Below are positions 28,288 to 38,671 of a DNA stretch of 64,000 bases, one piece after another. The notes under the pieces are model-generated. The model ran no database searches. It saw only the letters and a program-made list of their open reading frames with translations, and was not told the origin of the DNA. The translations under genes were made by a program, and so were the position numbers. Source of the DNA: Candidatus Eiseniibacteriota bacterium (lineage in GTDB: Bacteria > Eisenbacteria > RBG-16-71-46 > CAZAMP01). The stretch lies in contig OZ245046.1 in the NCBI GenBank assembly GCA_965224245.1, positions 544,001-608,000 on the forward strand, read 5' to 3'. How positions within the stretch are numbered: position 1 is the first letter of the stretch; each line of letters starts with the position of its first letter.

Positions 28288-30978
28288 ATGAAATCGCGCC
28301 ATGCGCCGCCGACGCGTCCACGCCCGCTCCCGTGGGGGTGGAGCCTCTCGCATCCCACGCTTATTCTCCTGTTCGTCGCGGTTGTGACCGCGTTTCTGGG
28401 AGCCGGGCTGGGTCGGCTGCGGCTGCGGACCGATGGACACGCCCTGATTCCGGCCGAGCGGGCCGAGATCGTCGAGGACGCCGAGATCCGTGAGCGGTTC
28501 GGCGTTCGGGATCCCGTGATCGTCCTGGTGCGGTCGTCGAGCCCGGAGGGGATCTACACGGTCCCGGCGCTGGCGGCGCTGGTCGAGCTCTCGGACTCGC
28601 TGTCGGCGCTGGCCGGGCCCGGGTCCGTGATGAGCCTGGCCACCGAGCGCGGCGATCGCTTCGAGCGGGGCACGCTCAGGTATCGCCGCTTTCTGTCACC
28701 ACTGCCGGCATCCGAGGGGGCGATCGACACGCTTCGCTCCGACCTGGCCGCGCTCGCCCTGCCGGTGGGGACGCTCGTCTCCGACGACGGAGCCGGCGCC
28801 GCCATCTACGTGGACGTCGATCCGGGGGCGGAGCGGAGCGCGTTCCTGGCCCGGGTCATGGACCTGGTCGCCCGACACCGCACCGAGGATCTACGGCTCG
28901 ACGTCATCGGGGCTCCGATCGCGGAGAGCCTGCTCGGGCTGCACATCCTCGCCGACCTTGGATTGCCCGGGGCGGCGCGCGCCCACGCCGACGACGTCGA
29001 CCCCGATCGGCCCGCCGCCGGGTGGGAGCGGACACGTGACGTGATCACGCGGCCCGGCCTCGTTCCGATCGCCATCGTCATCATGTTCGTCGTGTTCGTG
29101 GTCGCGTTCCGGAGTGTTCCCGCGGCAGTTCTGCCCTTGATCGAGGTGCTCGCCTGTCTGATCTCGGTGCTCGGGCTCATGGGCTGGATGGGCGTGCCGT
29201 TCTACCTGACGATCGCGCCGATGCCCGTGATCCTGACCATGATGGGGGTCGCGGACGAGGTCCATCTGTTCGCACGTCATGCGCGCCTCCGCACCGAAGA
29301 CCCCAGTGCCGACCCGAGGGAGGTCGTCGACGCCACGATGCGCGACCTCGTGCGACCGGTCGTGTGGACCTCGGTGACGACGGCGATCGGGTTCGCGTCG
29401 TTCGCGCTGTCGCCGATCGCACCGGTGCGTGCGTTCGGGGTGTTCACGGCGCTGGGCGTGATGTATTGCCTGGGATGGTCGCTTCTGGTCACGCCGGCGC
29501 TCCTCGTGCGTCTACCCGCGTCACAGGTGGGAGATCCACGGCTGCCATCGGCGCCGCTCGATCGGCTGGGTCGTCTGGTCACCGGTCACCCGAAGGCGAC
29601 GCTGGGGGTGGCCGGGCTCGTCGTGCTCCTGTCGATACCGGGACTGGTGCGGCTGAAGGTGCAGGACAGCTGGATCTCGGGCTTCTCGGAGCGGAGCCGG
29701 TTTCGATCCGCGACCGAATGGTACGACGCGCACTTCCTCGGGATGCACCGGCTCTTGATCGAGGTCCGGGGCGAGCCCGTCGACGTGGTCGGCGCGATCC
29801 CCGTAGACCGACTCGAGCGGCATCGGCTGACGCTGCCGTCCGGGAGCGTCTCCGATCCCGGGCGGCTGGTCGGCTGCCGGATCGCGCTGTCCCCGGACGG
29901 CTGGCGTCACGACGAACCCGAGCAACGCTGGGAGTCGTGGATCGTGCTCGCCGAGGAGACCGCCGACGGCCTCGTGCTGATGACGCCCCGCCGCGATGGG
30001 TCTGCGCGGATGCGCTTCGGGGATCAGCTCACGGGCGTGGTGAGATACGAGATCCGGTCGCGGACGTTCTCCTGGCACGAGCACCTCCGCCGTGTCGAGG
30101 CGTTCGAGGCGGTCGTGGCATCGCGGCGGGACGACACCGTGGGGGGCGTGATCGGCGCCGCCGCCCACGTTGCCACCGCCGACTACGTGGTGACGCGTCG
30201 CGATTCCACCGCACGCGAGGTTCCTGACGACCCCGATCGCGTGGGCTGGCTGCTAAGCCAGTACGGGCGCGTTCACGGCGAGCGCCGTCTCCGCGCCATC
30301 GTGGATCCCGACCTCGAGCGCGCGCTCGTGACCGTCTTCATGCGCGCCGCGAACTACCGGGCCACCGCGTCGTTGATGCGGGAGACCCGGGCCTACGCGC
30401 GAGAGCATCTCGAGCCCGCCGGGCTGTCGATCCGATTCGCCGGTGACGTCGCGGTGAGCCAGACGCTGATCGAGTCCATCGTCAGCACCCAGCGACGCTC
30501 TCTGGGGCTCTCGCTCGTGGGGATCCTGGTCGTGCTCGTGGGCCTGATGCGATCGCCGGTGCGCGCCGTCATGGGCGTGCTGCCATCGGCGATGGCCGTC
30601 GGCATCGGGCTGGCCATGCTGGGCGCGACCGGGCGCTCGCTCGGGGTGTCCACGTCCATGTTCGCCGGCATGACGCTCGGTGTGGGCGTCGACTTCTCCA
30701 TTCACCTGCTGGCGGCGCATGCGCGGGCGGTCGGGACCCGTGCCGAGCGGATCCGGCTCGCACTGGCCGATGCCGGTCCCGCGATGACGATCGATGCGCT
30801 GGCGGTTGCGCTCGGGTTCGGCGTGCTGTGTGTGTCGGGGGTGCCGGCCAACGTCGCGCTGGGGTCCCTGGCCCTGGTGTGCATTCTGACCTGCCTGGCC
30901 GTCACGCTCGGGGTGGTGCCGGCGCTCCTGTCCCTCGGTGCCGGCGGGAATGGACCGGAGGACGGGTCGAGCGCATAG
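28288..30978 (+). CDS. MMPL/RND-family membrane transporter
   Basis: Two halves, each with 1+5 TM segments and a large extracytoplasmic loop; GVADEVHL and GVGVDFSIHL motifs; TTAIGFASF. Confidence 0.85.
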   Translation: MKSRHAPPTRPRPLPWGWSLSHPTLILLFVAVVTAFLGAGLGRLRLRTDGHALIPAERAEIVEDAEIRERFGVRDPVIVLVRSSSPEGIYTVPALAALVELSDSLSALAGPGSVMSLATERGDRFERGTLRYRRFLSPLPASEGAIDTLRSDLAALALPVGTLVSDDGAGAAIYVDVDPGAERSAFLARVMDLVARHRTEDLRLDVIGAPIAESLLGLHILADLGLPGAARAHADDVDPDRPAAGWERTRDVITRPGLVPIAIVIMFVVFVVAFRSVPAAVLPLIEVLACLISVLGLMGWMGVPFYLTIAPMPVILTMMGVADEVHLFARHARLRTEDPSADPREVVDATMRDLVRPVVWTSVTTAIGFASFALSPIAPVRAFGVFTALGVMYCLGWSLLVTPALLVRLPASQVGDPRLPSAPLDRLGRLVTGHPKATLGVAGLVVLLSIPGLVRLKVQDSWISGFSERSRFRSATEWYDAHFLGMHRLLIEVRGEPVDVVGAIPVDRLERHRLTLPSGSVSDPGRLVGCRIALSPDGWRHDEPEQRWESWIVLAEETADGLVLMTPRRDGSARMRFGDQLTGVVRYEIRSRTFSWHEHLRRVEAFEAVVASRRDDTVGGVIGAAAHVATADYVVTRRDSTAREVPDDPDRVGWLLSQYGRVHGERRLRAIVDPDLERALVTVFMRAANYRATASLMRETRAYAREHLEPAGLSIRFAGDVAVSQTLIESIVSTQRRSLGLSLVGILVVLVGLMRSPVRAVMGVLPSAMAVGIGLAMLGATGRSLGVSTSMFAGMTLGVGVDFSIHLLAAHARAVGTRAERIRLALADAGPAMTIDALAVALGFGVLCVSGVPANVALGSLALVCILTCLAVTLGVVPALLSLGAGGNGPEDGSSA

Positions 30979-31132
30979 GGACCTGGTATCACCGACGCGA
31001 TCGCGTTTATACTGATCTTTCCGTTCGGCGGTCCCTTTTTGGCGGCCCGTCCCGTGCCGGCGGCGTCGGCGCTCGACCCGGGAACCATCACGAACGGTCA
31101 TCTCGCTGGCCCGCGAGGAGCAGGTTTCACAC

Positions 31133-32101
31133 GTGAAGACGCTTCCGACGCTGCGCCGGCGGCTCTTCGGCATCTCCAGCGCCGAAGCCGAGTTCGCGCG
31201 ACGCGGTTTTGAGCCGACCACCGGCGCCAAGCAACGCGTCCTCGAGACCGCCGGCGCGACGTTCATCGAGGGATACAACCGTGCGATCGCGCACGGACGC
31301 GGCACCGGCGTGGCCGACCTTCTCTTCGACGTCGATCCGAGCCGGCTGGGGTTCGCGTTCGAAGGAGCCGCCATGGCGCTCGCACTTCTCGACCGGCTCC
31401 TGCCGTGGCGCGGCACTCGCCTCCAGACCCTGCTCGCCGGAGACGGCGATCCCCACCGGTACATGGTGTTCGTCGGTGCGGGCTGGGCGCTGGCCAGGCT
31501 GCGTCGATCGCCGCGTTCGCTTCTGGGCCTCGATCCCATTCTAGGCTGGCTCGCCGTGGACGGAATGGGATTCCACGACGCGTACTTCCACCCGGATCGG
31601 ACGATCGGCCGGGCCGAGCGGTCGGCGCGCGCGATGGGTGTCGCCGCTCACGTGTTCGACCAGGGTGTCGGACGGGCGATGTGGTTCGTGTGCGGGGCGA
31701 ACGTCACCCGGACGTCGTCGACCGTGTCGGGATTCTCGGCCGAGCGGCACGCCGATCTGTGGAGTGGGGTCGGGCTCGCGGCCACGTACGCCGGTGCGGT
31801 CGATCGTGACGAGCTCCTCGCGTTGCGCGAGGCGTCGGGAGAGCATGCCTCGCATCTCGGTCAGGGATCGGCGTTCGCCGCCAAGGCGCGGATGCGAGCC
31901 GCGAATCCGACGCCGCACGTCGACGCGGCGACCGACGTGCTCTGCGGGCTCTCGTGCGGAGCCGCTGCCGATCTGACCGACGAGGCGCTGTCGGCCACCC
32001 TCGCGATCGTCGATCGATCCGATCGTGAGGACGGCGAGCCCGCATACGAGCGGTGGCGAGCCGGGGTGAGGTCGCGCCTGGAAGCGAGTGCGAGAGTATG
32101 A
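31133..32101 (+). CDS. UnbL/DUF1702 family protein (enediyne E3/E2-like)
   Basis: F.RRGF, GFAFEGAAMAL, H.YM..VGAGWALARL, WLAVDG.GFH.AYF, DQGVGRAMWF, DLWSGVGLAATYAG, PAYERWR; GTG start with GAGGAG RBS; stop overlaps the PKS ATG. Confidence 0.9.
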   Translation: MKTLPTLRRRLFGISSAEAEFARRGFEPTTGAKQRVLETAGATFIEGYNRAIAHGRGTGVADLLFDVDPSRLGFAFEGAAMALALLDRLLPWRGTRLQTLLAGDGDPHRYMVFVGAGWALARLRRSPRSLLGLDPILGWLAVDGMGFHDAYFHPDRTIGRAERSARAMGVAAHVFDQGVGRAMWFVCGANVTRTSSTVSGFSAERHADLWSGVGLAATYAGAVDRDELLALREASGEHASHLGQGSAFAAKARMRAANPTPHVDAATDVLCGLSCGAAADLTDEALSATLAIVDRSDREDGEPAYERWRAGVRSRLEASARV

Positions 32102-35100
32102 GCCGGTCCTCGACGAGACCGCTCCAGCCCCGGGGCTCGACACCGGGCGGGGCGGCCATCGCGGTCGTGGGCATGGCCTGCCGTTACCCGGATGCGGACT
32201 CTCCTCAGGCGCTCTGGGAGAACGTCCTCGCCCAGCGCCAGTCGTTCCGGCGCATGCCGCGCGAGCGCCTGGACCTCGACGACCACTACTCCGACGACCG
32301 CGGGGCGCCCGACCGCACCTACGCCACCATGGCCGCCGTGCTGGAGGGCTATGCGTTCGATCGCGTCGCGCATCGCGTCGCCGGCTCGACCTATCGCTCG
32401 GCCGACCTGGCACACTGGCTCGCCCTGGACGTGGCGACCGATGCGCTCGCGGACGCGGGCCTGCCCGCCGGGGACGGGCTTCCGCGCGATACCACCGGCG
32501 TTCTGATCGGCAACTCCCTGACCGGCGAGTTCTCCCGCGCTGCGACGCTCCGGGTGCGGTGGCCGTACGTGAAGCGCGTGGTCGGCGCGGCACTCGCCGG
32601 CGGCGGCTGGTCGGACGAGGACGTCTCGTCGTTCCTCCGCCGGCTGGAGGTGTCGTACAAGGCTCCGTTCGCCCCCGTCGGGGACGAGACGCTCGCCGGC
32701 GGGCTCTCCAACACGATCGCCGGACGCATCTGCAACGCGTTCGACTTCAAGGGCGGTGGCTACACGGTCGACGGCGCCTGCAGCTCGTCGCTCCTGGCCA
32801 TCGCCAACGCGTGCTCGGCGCTGACGGTGGGCGACCTCGACGCGGCGATCGTGGGGGGCGTGGACCTGAGCCTGGATCCGTTCGAGATCGTCGGGTTCGC
32901 GAAGGTGGGCGCGCTCGCACCGGATCGGATGCGCGTCTACGATGCACGCTCCGCCGGATTCTGGCCGGGCGAGGGATCGGGCATGCTGGTCCTGATGCGG
33001 CTGGCGGACGCGATCGCGACCGGGCGGCGTGTCCTGGGCATCATCCGTGGCTGGGGCATCTCGTCCGACGGCACCGGCGGCATCACCCGGCCCGAGGTGG
33101 CCGGGCAGCGCCTGGCCATCGCGCGCGCCTACGCCCGTGCGGGCTACGGAATCGACACGCTCGGCTACGTCGAGGGGCACGGAACCGGAACCACGGTCGG
33201 CGACGCCACCGAGATCGACGTCCTCGGCGGCGCGCTGCGAGAGGCGGGGGCAGGGCGTCGCGTGGCCCTCGGCTCGATCAAGGCCAACATCGGGCACACG
33301 AAGGCGGCCGCCGGCGCCGCGGGCTTCCTGCGCGCGCTCCTGGCCGTGGGACACGGCATCGTGCCGCCGCACGCCGGCACACGTACGCCCCATCCGTCGC
33401 TCGAGGCCGGCGACGCGCCGCTCCGTCTTCCGAGAGAGCCGGAGGGTTGGGACGCCGCCTCGCGCCGCGCCGGCGTCAGCTCGATGGGCTTCGGCGGCAT
33501 CAACGTGCACATCACGCTGGAGGCAGACGGAAGCGACGCTCCGCGCGGGCGTCGCCTCGCGCCGCGTACCGCGCGACTCGCACGCACGCCGCAGGACGTC
33601 GAGCTGTTCGGGATCACCGCCCCGACCCGGGAGGCGCTCGGACGTCGGCTCGAGTCGCTGCGCTCGCAGTGCGAGACGCTCGCATTCTCCGAGCTACCCG
33701 ACCTTGCGGCCACGCTGGCGCGGGAAGCCGCACGGGGGCCGCACCGCGTCGCGTTGATCGCCGACTCGCCGGCCGAGCTCGCCCGCCGCATCGACGACTC
33801 GCTGGCACGGCTCTCGATGGACGGCCCGGTGGTGGACGGATCGGGTGGGCTCTTCATCGGGTCCGGACCCGCACCGCGCATCGGCTTTCTCTTTCCGGGA
33901 CAGGGCTCGCCGTCCCGGCCCGACGGCGGCTCGGTGCGCCGGCGCTTCGAGCGCGCGGCGGCCCTCTACGAGCGCGTGGGCAGAGACGGGCTGTTCCCCG
34001 CCGTCGAGGATCCCACCGACACCGCCCTGGCACAGCCGGCCATCCTCGCGGCGACGCTGGTCACGCTCGAGGTGCTGGATGCGGTCGGGGTGCGGGCACG
34101 CGCCGCGCTCGGGCACAGCCTGGGCGAGATCGCGGCGCTGGCGTGGGGGGGCGCGCTGTCGCACGAGGGTGCGCTCCGACTGTCGGCGGCGCGCGGGCGC
34201 GCAATGGCGAGCGTGCCCGGACCCGCCGGCGCGATGGCGTCGATCGCCGCGTCTCCGGAGGACGTCGCCGCGTGGCTCGCGGAGCTCGATCTCGCGGCCG
34301 GCGCCACCGGCGACGCCACGGCACCCGGAGCGGTGCCGGATCGGGGAGGCGCCGTAGGTCACGGGGTCGTCATTGCCGGCTACAATGGTCCCGCGCGAAC
34401 CGTCGTGTCCGGTCCGAGCGAGGCGGTGGACGCGTTCGTCGAGCGGGTGACCGCACGCGGCGCCACCGCCACGCGGCTTCGCGTCTCGCACGCGTTTCAT
34501 TCCGGGCTGATGGCGCCCGCGAGCACCGGCCTCGCGGCGGCCATCGCCGCCGAGTCGTGGCGGCCGTGCTCGCGCGTGGTCGTGTCCACGGTCACCGGCG
34601 ACCGCGTTCCCGAGCGTGCGGACGTCGGCGACCTGCTGCGTCGCCAGCTCACCGAGCCGGTTCGGTTCTCCGATGCCCTTTCCGTGCTCGCGCGCGACGT
34701 GGATCTCCTGATCGAGGTCGGACCCGGGACGTCGCTCGCGACCCTGGCCGCAGCGCAGGTCTCGACACCGGTGGTGGCCACCGACGGATGTGGGGATTCG
34801 CTGCGCGGACTTCTGGGCGCGATCGGTGCGGCGTGGGCGCTCGGGGCATCCGTGGATCTCGAGTCGCTCTTCGGCGACCGCGCCGTGCGGCCGTTCGATG
34901 GGCATCGTCCCCACGCGTTTCTGGCGAACCCGTGTGAGTCCGCGCCCCGACCCGGTGCGCCGGACGGGTCGCCGGTCACGCCTTCCCACGCCGGGACGCT
35001 GCCCGCGCCCGCGATTCCGGCGGCGGCGAGTCCGCCGGGACACACCGGCGGGGGGGGCGCGACGCTCGACGAACGAGTCGATGATGCCCGCGATGAAGGG

Positions 35101-38100
35101 CTGCCGGACGAGAGCGGCACGGGTCCCGCTTCGGCCCTCGACGTGGTGCGCACGCTGGTCGCCACTCGCGCCGAGCTGCCGCTCGAGTCCATCGGCGAGG
35201 ACGATCACGTGCTCGACGACCTCCGGCTCAACTCCATCGTCGTGGGTGAGATCGTCACCAACGCCGCGCGCCGCCTCGGACTCGACGCCCCGACGGCGCC
35301 GGCCGAGTTCGCCGACTCGACCGTCGGCGAGATCGCGGCCGCCCTGGCGGCGCTTCTGGAAGACGGTCCGCGCGGACGCGATCGATCGCTCGGGCTCGCG
35401 CCGGACGACGAGATCCCCGAGGGCGTCTCGACGTGGTTTCGGACCTTCGCCACCGAGTGGGTCGAGGCGCCGGCGCCCGCGAGCGCCCCGCTACCGGACG
35501 TCCGGTGGGAGGTGCTGGGGGACCCGACCGATGGGCTGGTGGCCGAGCTCACCGCGCGTCTCGGAGAGGCCGGCTCCGGCGATGCCGAGGCACCCGGTGG
35601 AACGCTCGTCGTCCTTCCGGCACGGGTGTCCGACGACGACGTCGTCGCCGCCGTGGATGCGGCCGGCGCGCACCTCGGACGCGGAGGAACGCACTTCGTT
35701 CTGGTCCAGCGCGCGGACACGCTGGCGAGCCTCGCCCGGACGCTCCACCTCGAGGACCGGCGGGTCACGACCCGCATCGTCACCGTGCCCGACGGCTCGC
35801 CCCGCTCCGCCCGCGCGATCCTGGCGGAGATCGCCGGAGACGGGCAAATCGTCGAGGCGCGCTACGAGTCCGATGGGCGCCGGGTCGTTCCCGTTCTCGG
35901 GCACGTTCCGATCGGGCGCGATGGAGCGAGCGCCGATGGGTCCGGCACGGTCGAGCCGGCCGCCGGGCTCGGTGCCGACGACGTCCTGCTCGTGACCGGC
36001 GGAGGCAAAGGCATCGCCGCCGAGTGCGCGCTCGCGATCGCCGCCAAGACCCGGACCGCGCTGCTGCTGATCGGACGCTCGGATCCGGCACACGACCCCG
36101 TGCTCGCGGGAAACCTGGCGCGGATCGCCGGCGCCGGGTGTCGCGCACACTACGCGCGCGCCGACGTCACCGACCCGGCGGCGGTCGCGAACGCGGTGGC
36201 CGAGGGAGCCCGCGTGCTCGGCCCGATCACGGGCGTCCTTCACGGGGCGGGGCGAAACGAGCCGTCGCGGATTCGCATGCTCGATCGAGACCGGGTGCTC
36301 GCGACGCTCGCCCCGAAGACGCGGGGCCTCGAGCACGTGCTCGCGTCCGTGGACCCCTCGTCGCTTCGGCTGCTGGTGACGTTCGGATCGATCATCGCCA
36401 CCGCCGGTCTGGCCGGAGAGGCCGACTATGCGATCGCCAACGAGCGCCTGGCGGCGATGACCGCGGCGTTCGGGCACGCCAATCCGACGTGTCGCTGCGT
36501 GTGTCTGGGATGGTCCATCTGGTCGGGAACCGGAATGGGAGAGCGTCTGGGCCGCGTCGAGACGCTCGCGCGTCAGGGGGTCGTTGCGATCACGCCCGAC
36601 GCCGGAGTCGACGTCCTCGGGCGTATCCTGCGAGCACCGGCGCTTCCCACGCACCTCGTGGTGACCGGCCGGTTCGGAGACCCGCCGACCGTTCGAACCG
36701 AGCCCGGCGAGCTGCCGCTCCGGCGTTTCCTGGAGCGGCCGCGTGTGCACGTCCCCGGCGTCGAGCTCGTCGCCGACGCGACCGTCGATCCCGCGCACGA
36801 TCCGTATCTGGACGACCACGTTCTCGACGGGGTCCGGGTGTTCCCCGCCGTGATGGGCCTCGAGGCGATGGCCCAGGTCGCGATGGCGCTGGCGAGGCGC
36901 GACGACCCGCCGGCCTTCCACGACGTCCGGTTCGATCGTGCCGTGACGATTCCCGAGACGGGTGCGACGTTGCGGATCGCCGCACTCGCGGACGTCGACG
37001 GCGCACACCCGGGCGCGGGTGTGATTCGTGTCGTCGTCAGGTCCTCCGAGACGTCGTACGCCGTCGATCACTTCACCGCACGCTGCCGGTTCACCGACGC
37101 GCCGCCGCCCGACGTGGATCCGATCGCGAACGGACGCCCGGCCCGGTTCGATCTCGGGGATCGTCTGTACCGCGAGATCCTGTTCCAGCGCGGTCGCTTC
37201 GCCCGCGCCGGAGGGTACGACGACGTGCAGGCGCGACGTTGCGTCGGCCGGCTCACGGCCGCGCCGCCGGTCGGCTGGTTCGGTGCGTTTCTGCCCCAGG
37301 CGCTCGTGCTGGGCGATCCCGGCCGTCGCGATGCCATGCTCCACGGGATCCAGGTCAGCGTTCCGCACCGCCGGCTGCTTCCGGTGTCGGCGACCGAGAT
37401 CGTGTTCCGGCCGTGCGGCGGCGCCGCGGAGCCCGGCGCGCCTCGGAGCGCATCGGACGCGGCGGTGTTCCGGGCGGTCGAGACCGCGCACCGGGGGGCC
37501 GACTACACCTACGACGTCGACGCCGGCGAGGAGCGCGGAGTCGTCGTCGAGTGCTGGCGCGGACTCGTCTTCCGGGCCGTGGGCCCGATACCCCTGCCCG
37601 AGACGTGGCCCCGCCCCTTGCTCGGCTCGTATCTCGAGCGGCGGATCGCCGAGACGTGGCCCGACCGCGTCTCGCACGTCGCGGTGGATCGATCCGGGAC
37701 GTCGACCGAGGACATCCTGCGCGCCGCGATCGCGGCGTCGACACACGTGCACCGGCGGCCCGACGGGAAGCCCGTGCTGTCGAACGGGACGCCGGTGGCG
37801 ATCTCGACGCACGGTCCGCTCGCGCTCGCGGTCGTCGCGGCCGATCCGGCACCGGTCGGGTGTGACGTCGAGGCGGTCGTCCCGCGTGACCGAGACGCCT
37901 GGCGGGCGCTCGTCGGGGATCGCGGCTGCGAGGTCGCGGAGCTCGTGTCCATGCGTGTCCCGGAGCCGTTCGACGCGGCGGCGACGCGCGTGTGGTGCAT
38001 CAAGGAGTCCGTGCGCAAGGCGGGGGGAACCTGGAATGAGGTGCTGAGCGTGACGTCGGTCGACGATGCCGCCTGGGTTCGCTTCAGGGCCGGATCGTTC

Positions 38101-38235
38101 CAGGTGGCGACGCTGCGCGTCGTGCTGGAGCCGGACCCGGATCTCGATGCGGGCGGCACAGGGTGCGGCGGTCCGATGATCGTCGCGGTGCTCGTCGAAG
38201 AACGCGGCTCGGAGGCGGCGCGTGAAGGCGTATGA
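32098..38235 (+). CDS. pksE: Enediyne-type iterative type I polyketide synthase (KS-AT-ACP-KR-DH-PPTase)
   Basis: KS (GNSLTGEFSRA, TVDGACSSSL, EGHGTGT, NIGHTKAAAG), AT (GHSLG, HAFH), central ACP (DDLRLNSIVVGEIV), KR (VTGGGKGI, ADYAIANE), DH (YLDDHVLDG..FPAVMGLEAMAQ), PPTase (GCDVE, WCIKESVRKA); ATG at 32098. Confidence 0.95.
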   Translation: MSRSSTRPLQPRGSTPGGAAIAVVGMACRYPDADSPQALWENVLAQRQSFRRMPRERLDLDDHYSDDRGAPDRTYATMAAVLEGYAFDRVAHRVAGSTYRSADLAHWLALDVATDALADAGLPAGDGLPRDTTGVLIGNSLTGEFSRAATLRVRWPYVKRVVGAALAGGGWSDEDVSSFLRRLEVSYKAPFAPVGDETLAGGLSNTIAGRICNAFDFKGGGYTVDGACSSSLLAIANACSALTVGDLDAAIVGGVDLSLDPFEIVGFAKVGALAPDRMRVYDARSAGFWPGEGSGMLVLMRLADAIATGRRVLGIIRGWGISSDGTGGITRPEVAGQRLAIARAYARAGYGIDTLGYVEGHGTGTTVGDATEIDVLGGALREAGAGRRVALGSIKANIGHTKAAAGAAGFLRALLAVGHGIVPPHAGTRTPHPSLEAGDAPLRLPREPEGWDAASRRAGVSSMGFGGINVHITLEADGSDAPRGRRLAPRTARLARTPQDVELFGITAPTREALGRRLESLRSQCETLAFSELPDLAATLAREAARGPHRVALIADSPAELARRIDDSLARLSMDGPVVDGSGGLFIGSGPAPRIGFLFPGQGSPSRPDGGSVRRRFERAAALYERVGRDGLFPAVEDPTDTALAQPAILAATLVTLEVLDAVGVRARAALGHSLGEIAALAWGGALSHEGALRLSAARGRAMASVPGPAGAMASIAASPEDVAAWLAELDLAAGATGDATAPGAVPDRGGAVGHGVVIAGYNGPARTVVSGPSEAVDAFVERVTARGATATRLRVSHAFHSGLMAPASTGLAAAIAAESWRPCSRVVVSTVTGDRVPERADVGDLLRRQLTEPVRFSDALSVLARDVDLLIEVGPGTSLATLAAAQVSTPVVATDGCGDSLRGLLGAIGAAWALGASVDLESLFGDRAVRPFDGHRPHAFLANPCESAPRPGAPDGSPVTPSHAGTLPAPAIPAAASPPGHTGGGGATLDERVDDARDEGLPDESGTGPASALDVVRTLVATRAELPLESIGEDDHVLDDLRLNSIVVGEIVTNAARRLGLDAPTAPAEFADSTVGEIAAALAALLEDGPRGRDRSLGLAPDDEIPEGVSTWFRTFATEWVEAPAPASAPLPDVRWEVLGDPTDGLVAELTARLGEAGSGDAEAPGGTLVVLPARVSDDDVVAAVDAAGAHLGRGGTHFVLVQRADTLASLARTLHLEDRRVTTRIVTVPDGSPRSARAILAEIAGDGQIVEARYESDGRRVVPVLGHVPIGRDGASADGSGTVEPAAGLGADDVLLVTGGGKGIAAECALAIAAKTRTALLLIGRSDPAHDPVLAGNLARIAGAGCRAHYARADVTDPAAVANAVAEGARVLGPITGVLHGAGRNEPSRIRMLDRDRVLATLAPKTRGLEHVLASVDPSSLRLLVTFGSIIATAGLAGEADYAIANERLAAMTAAFGHANPTCRCVCLGWSIWSGTGMGERLGRVETLARQGVVAITPDAGVDVLGRILRAPALPTHLVVTGRFGDPPTVRTEPGELPLRRFLERPRVHVPGVELVADATVDPAHDPYLDDHVLDGVRVFPAVMGLEAMAQVAMALARRDDPPAFHDVRFDRAVTIPETGATLRIAALADVDGAHPGAGVIRVVVRSSETSYAVDHFTARCRFTDAPPPDVDPIANGRPARFDLGDRLYREILFQRGRFARAGGYDDVQARRCVGRLTAAPPVGWFGAFLPQALVLGDPGRRDAMLHGIQVSVPHRRLLPVSATEIVFRPCGGAAEPGAPRSASDAAVFRAVETAHRGADYTYDVDAGEERGVVVECWRGLVFRAVGPIPLPETWPRPLLGSYLERRIAETWPDRVSHVAVDRSGTSTEDILRAAIAASTHVHRRPDGKPVLSNGTPVAISTHGPLALAVVAADPAPVGCDVEAVVPRDRDAWRALVGDRGCEVAELVSMRVPEPFDAAATRVWCIKESVRKAGGTWNEVLSVTSVDDAAWVRFRAGSFQVATLRVVLEPDPDLDAGGTGCGGPMIVAVLVEERGSEAAREGV

Positions 38236-38647
38236 GTACCGGCACCTCGTCGGCTTCGCGGAGACGAACGTCGTGGGGAACGTCTACTTCTCCCACCACG
38301 TCGCCTGGCAGGGGCGCTGTCGCGAGGCGTTCCTCCGCGAGCACTGTCCGTCGTTGCTCGACGAGCTCACGTCGGGGCTCGCGCTGGTCACGCTCAGCTG
38401 CCGTTGCGAGTACGTGTCCGAGGTGCTCGCGCTCGAAGAGGTGATCGTGCGCATGACCCTCGCGGAGTCGTCGCAGAACCGCGTCGCGATGCGGTTCGAC
38501 TACGTGGTCGTGCGGGATGGCACCGAGCGGATCGTGGCCCGCGGCGGGCAGGAGATCGCGTGCATGCGCCGGACCGCCGGCGGCCTCGAGGCCACGAGCG
38601 TTCCCGTCGAGCTGTCCCGGGCGCTGGAGCCGTACCGCTCGCGCTGA
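38222..38647 (+). CDS. Hotdog-fold thioesterase, enediyne E10/E7 type
   Basis: YEYRH.VGF.ETN.VGNVY...WQGRCRE.FL signature; overlaps the PKSE end. Confidence 0.92.
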   Translation: MKAYEYRHLVGFAETNVVGNVYFSHHVAWQGRCREAFLREHCPSLLDELTSGLALVTLSCRCEYVSEVLALEEVIVRMTLAESSQNRVAMRFDYVVVRDGTERIVARGGQEIACMRRTAGGLEATSVPVELSRALEPYRSR

Positions 38648-38671
38648 CGAGCCGAGCTCCGCCGAACGACG

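Noticed and set aside
32098-38647. Claim that the organism makes a classical enediyne antibiotic
   Set aside because: E5, tailoring and resistance genes are not visible; only the polyene-forming core is supported
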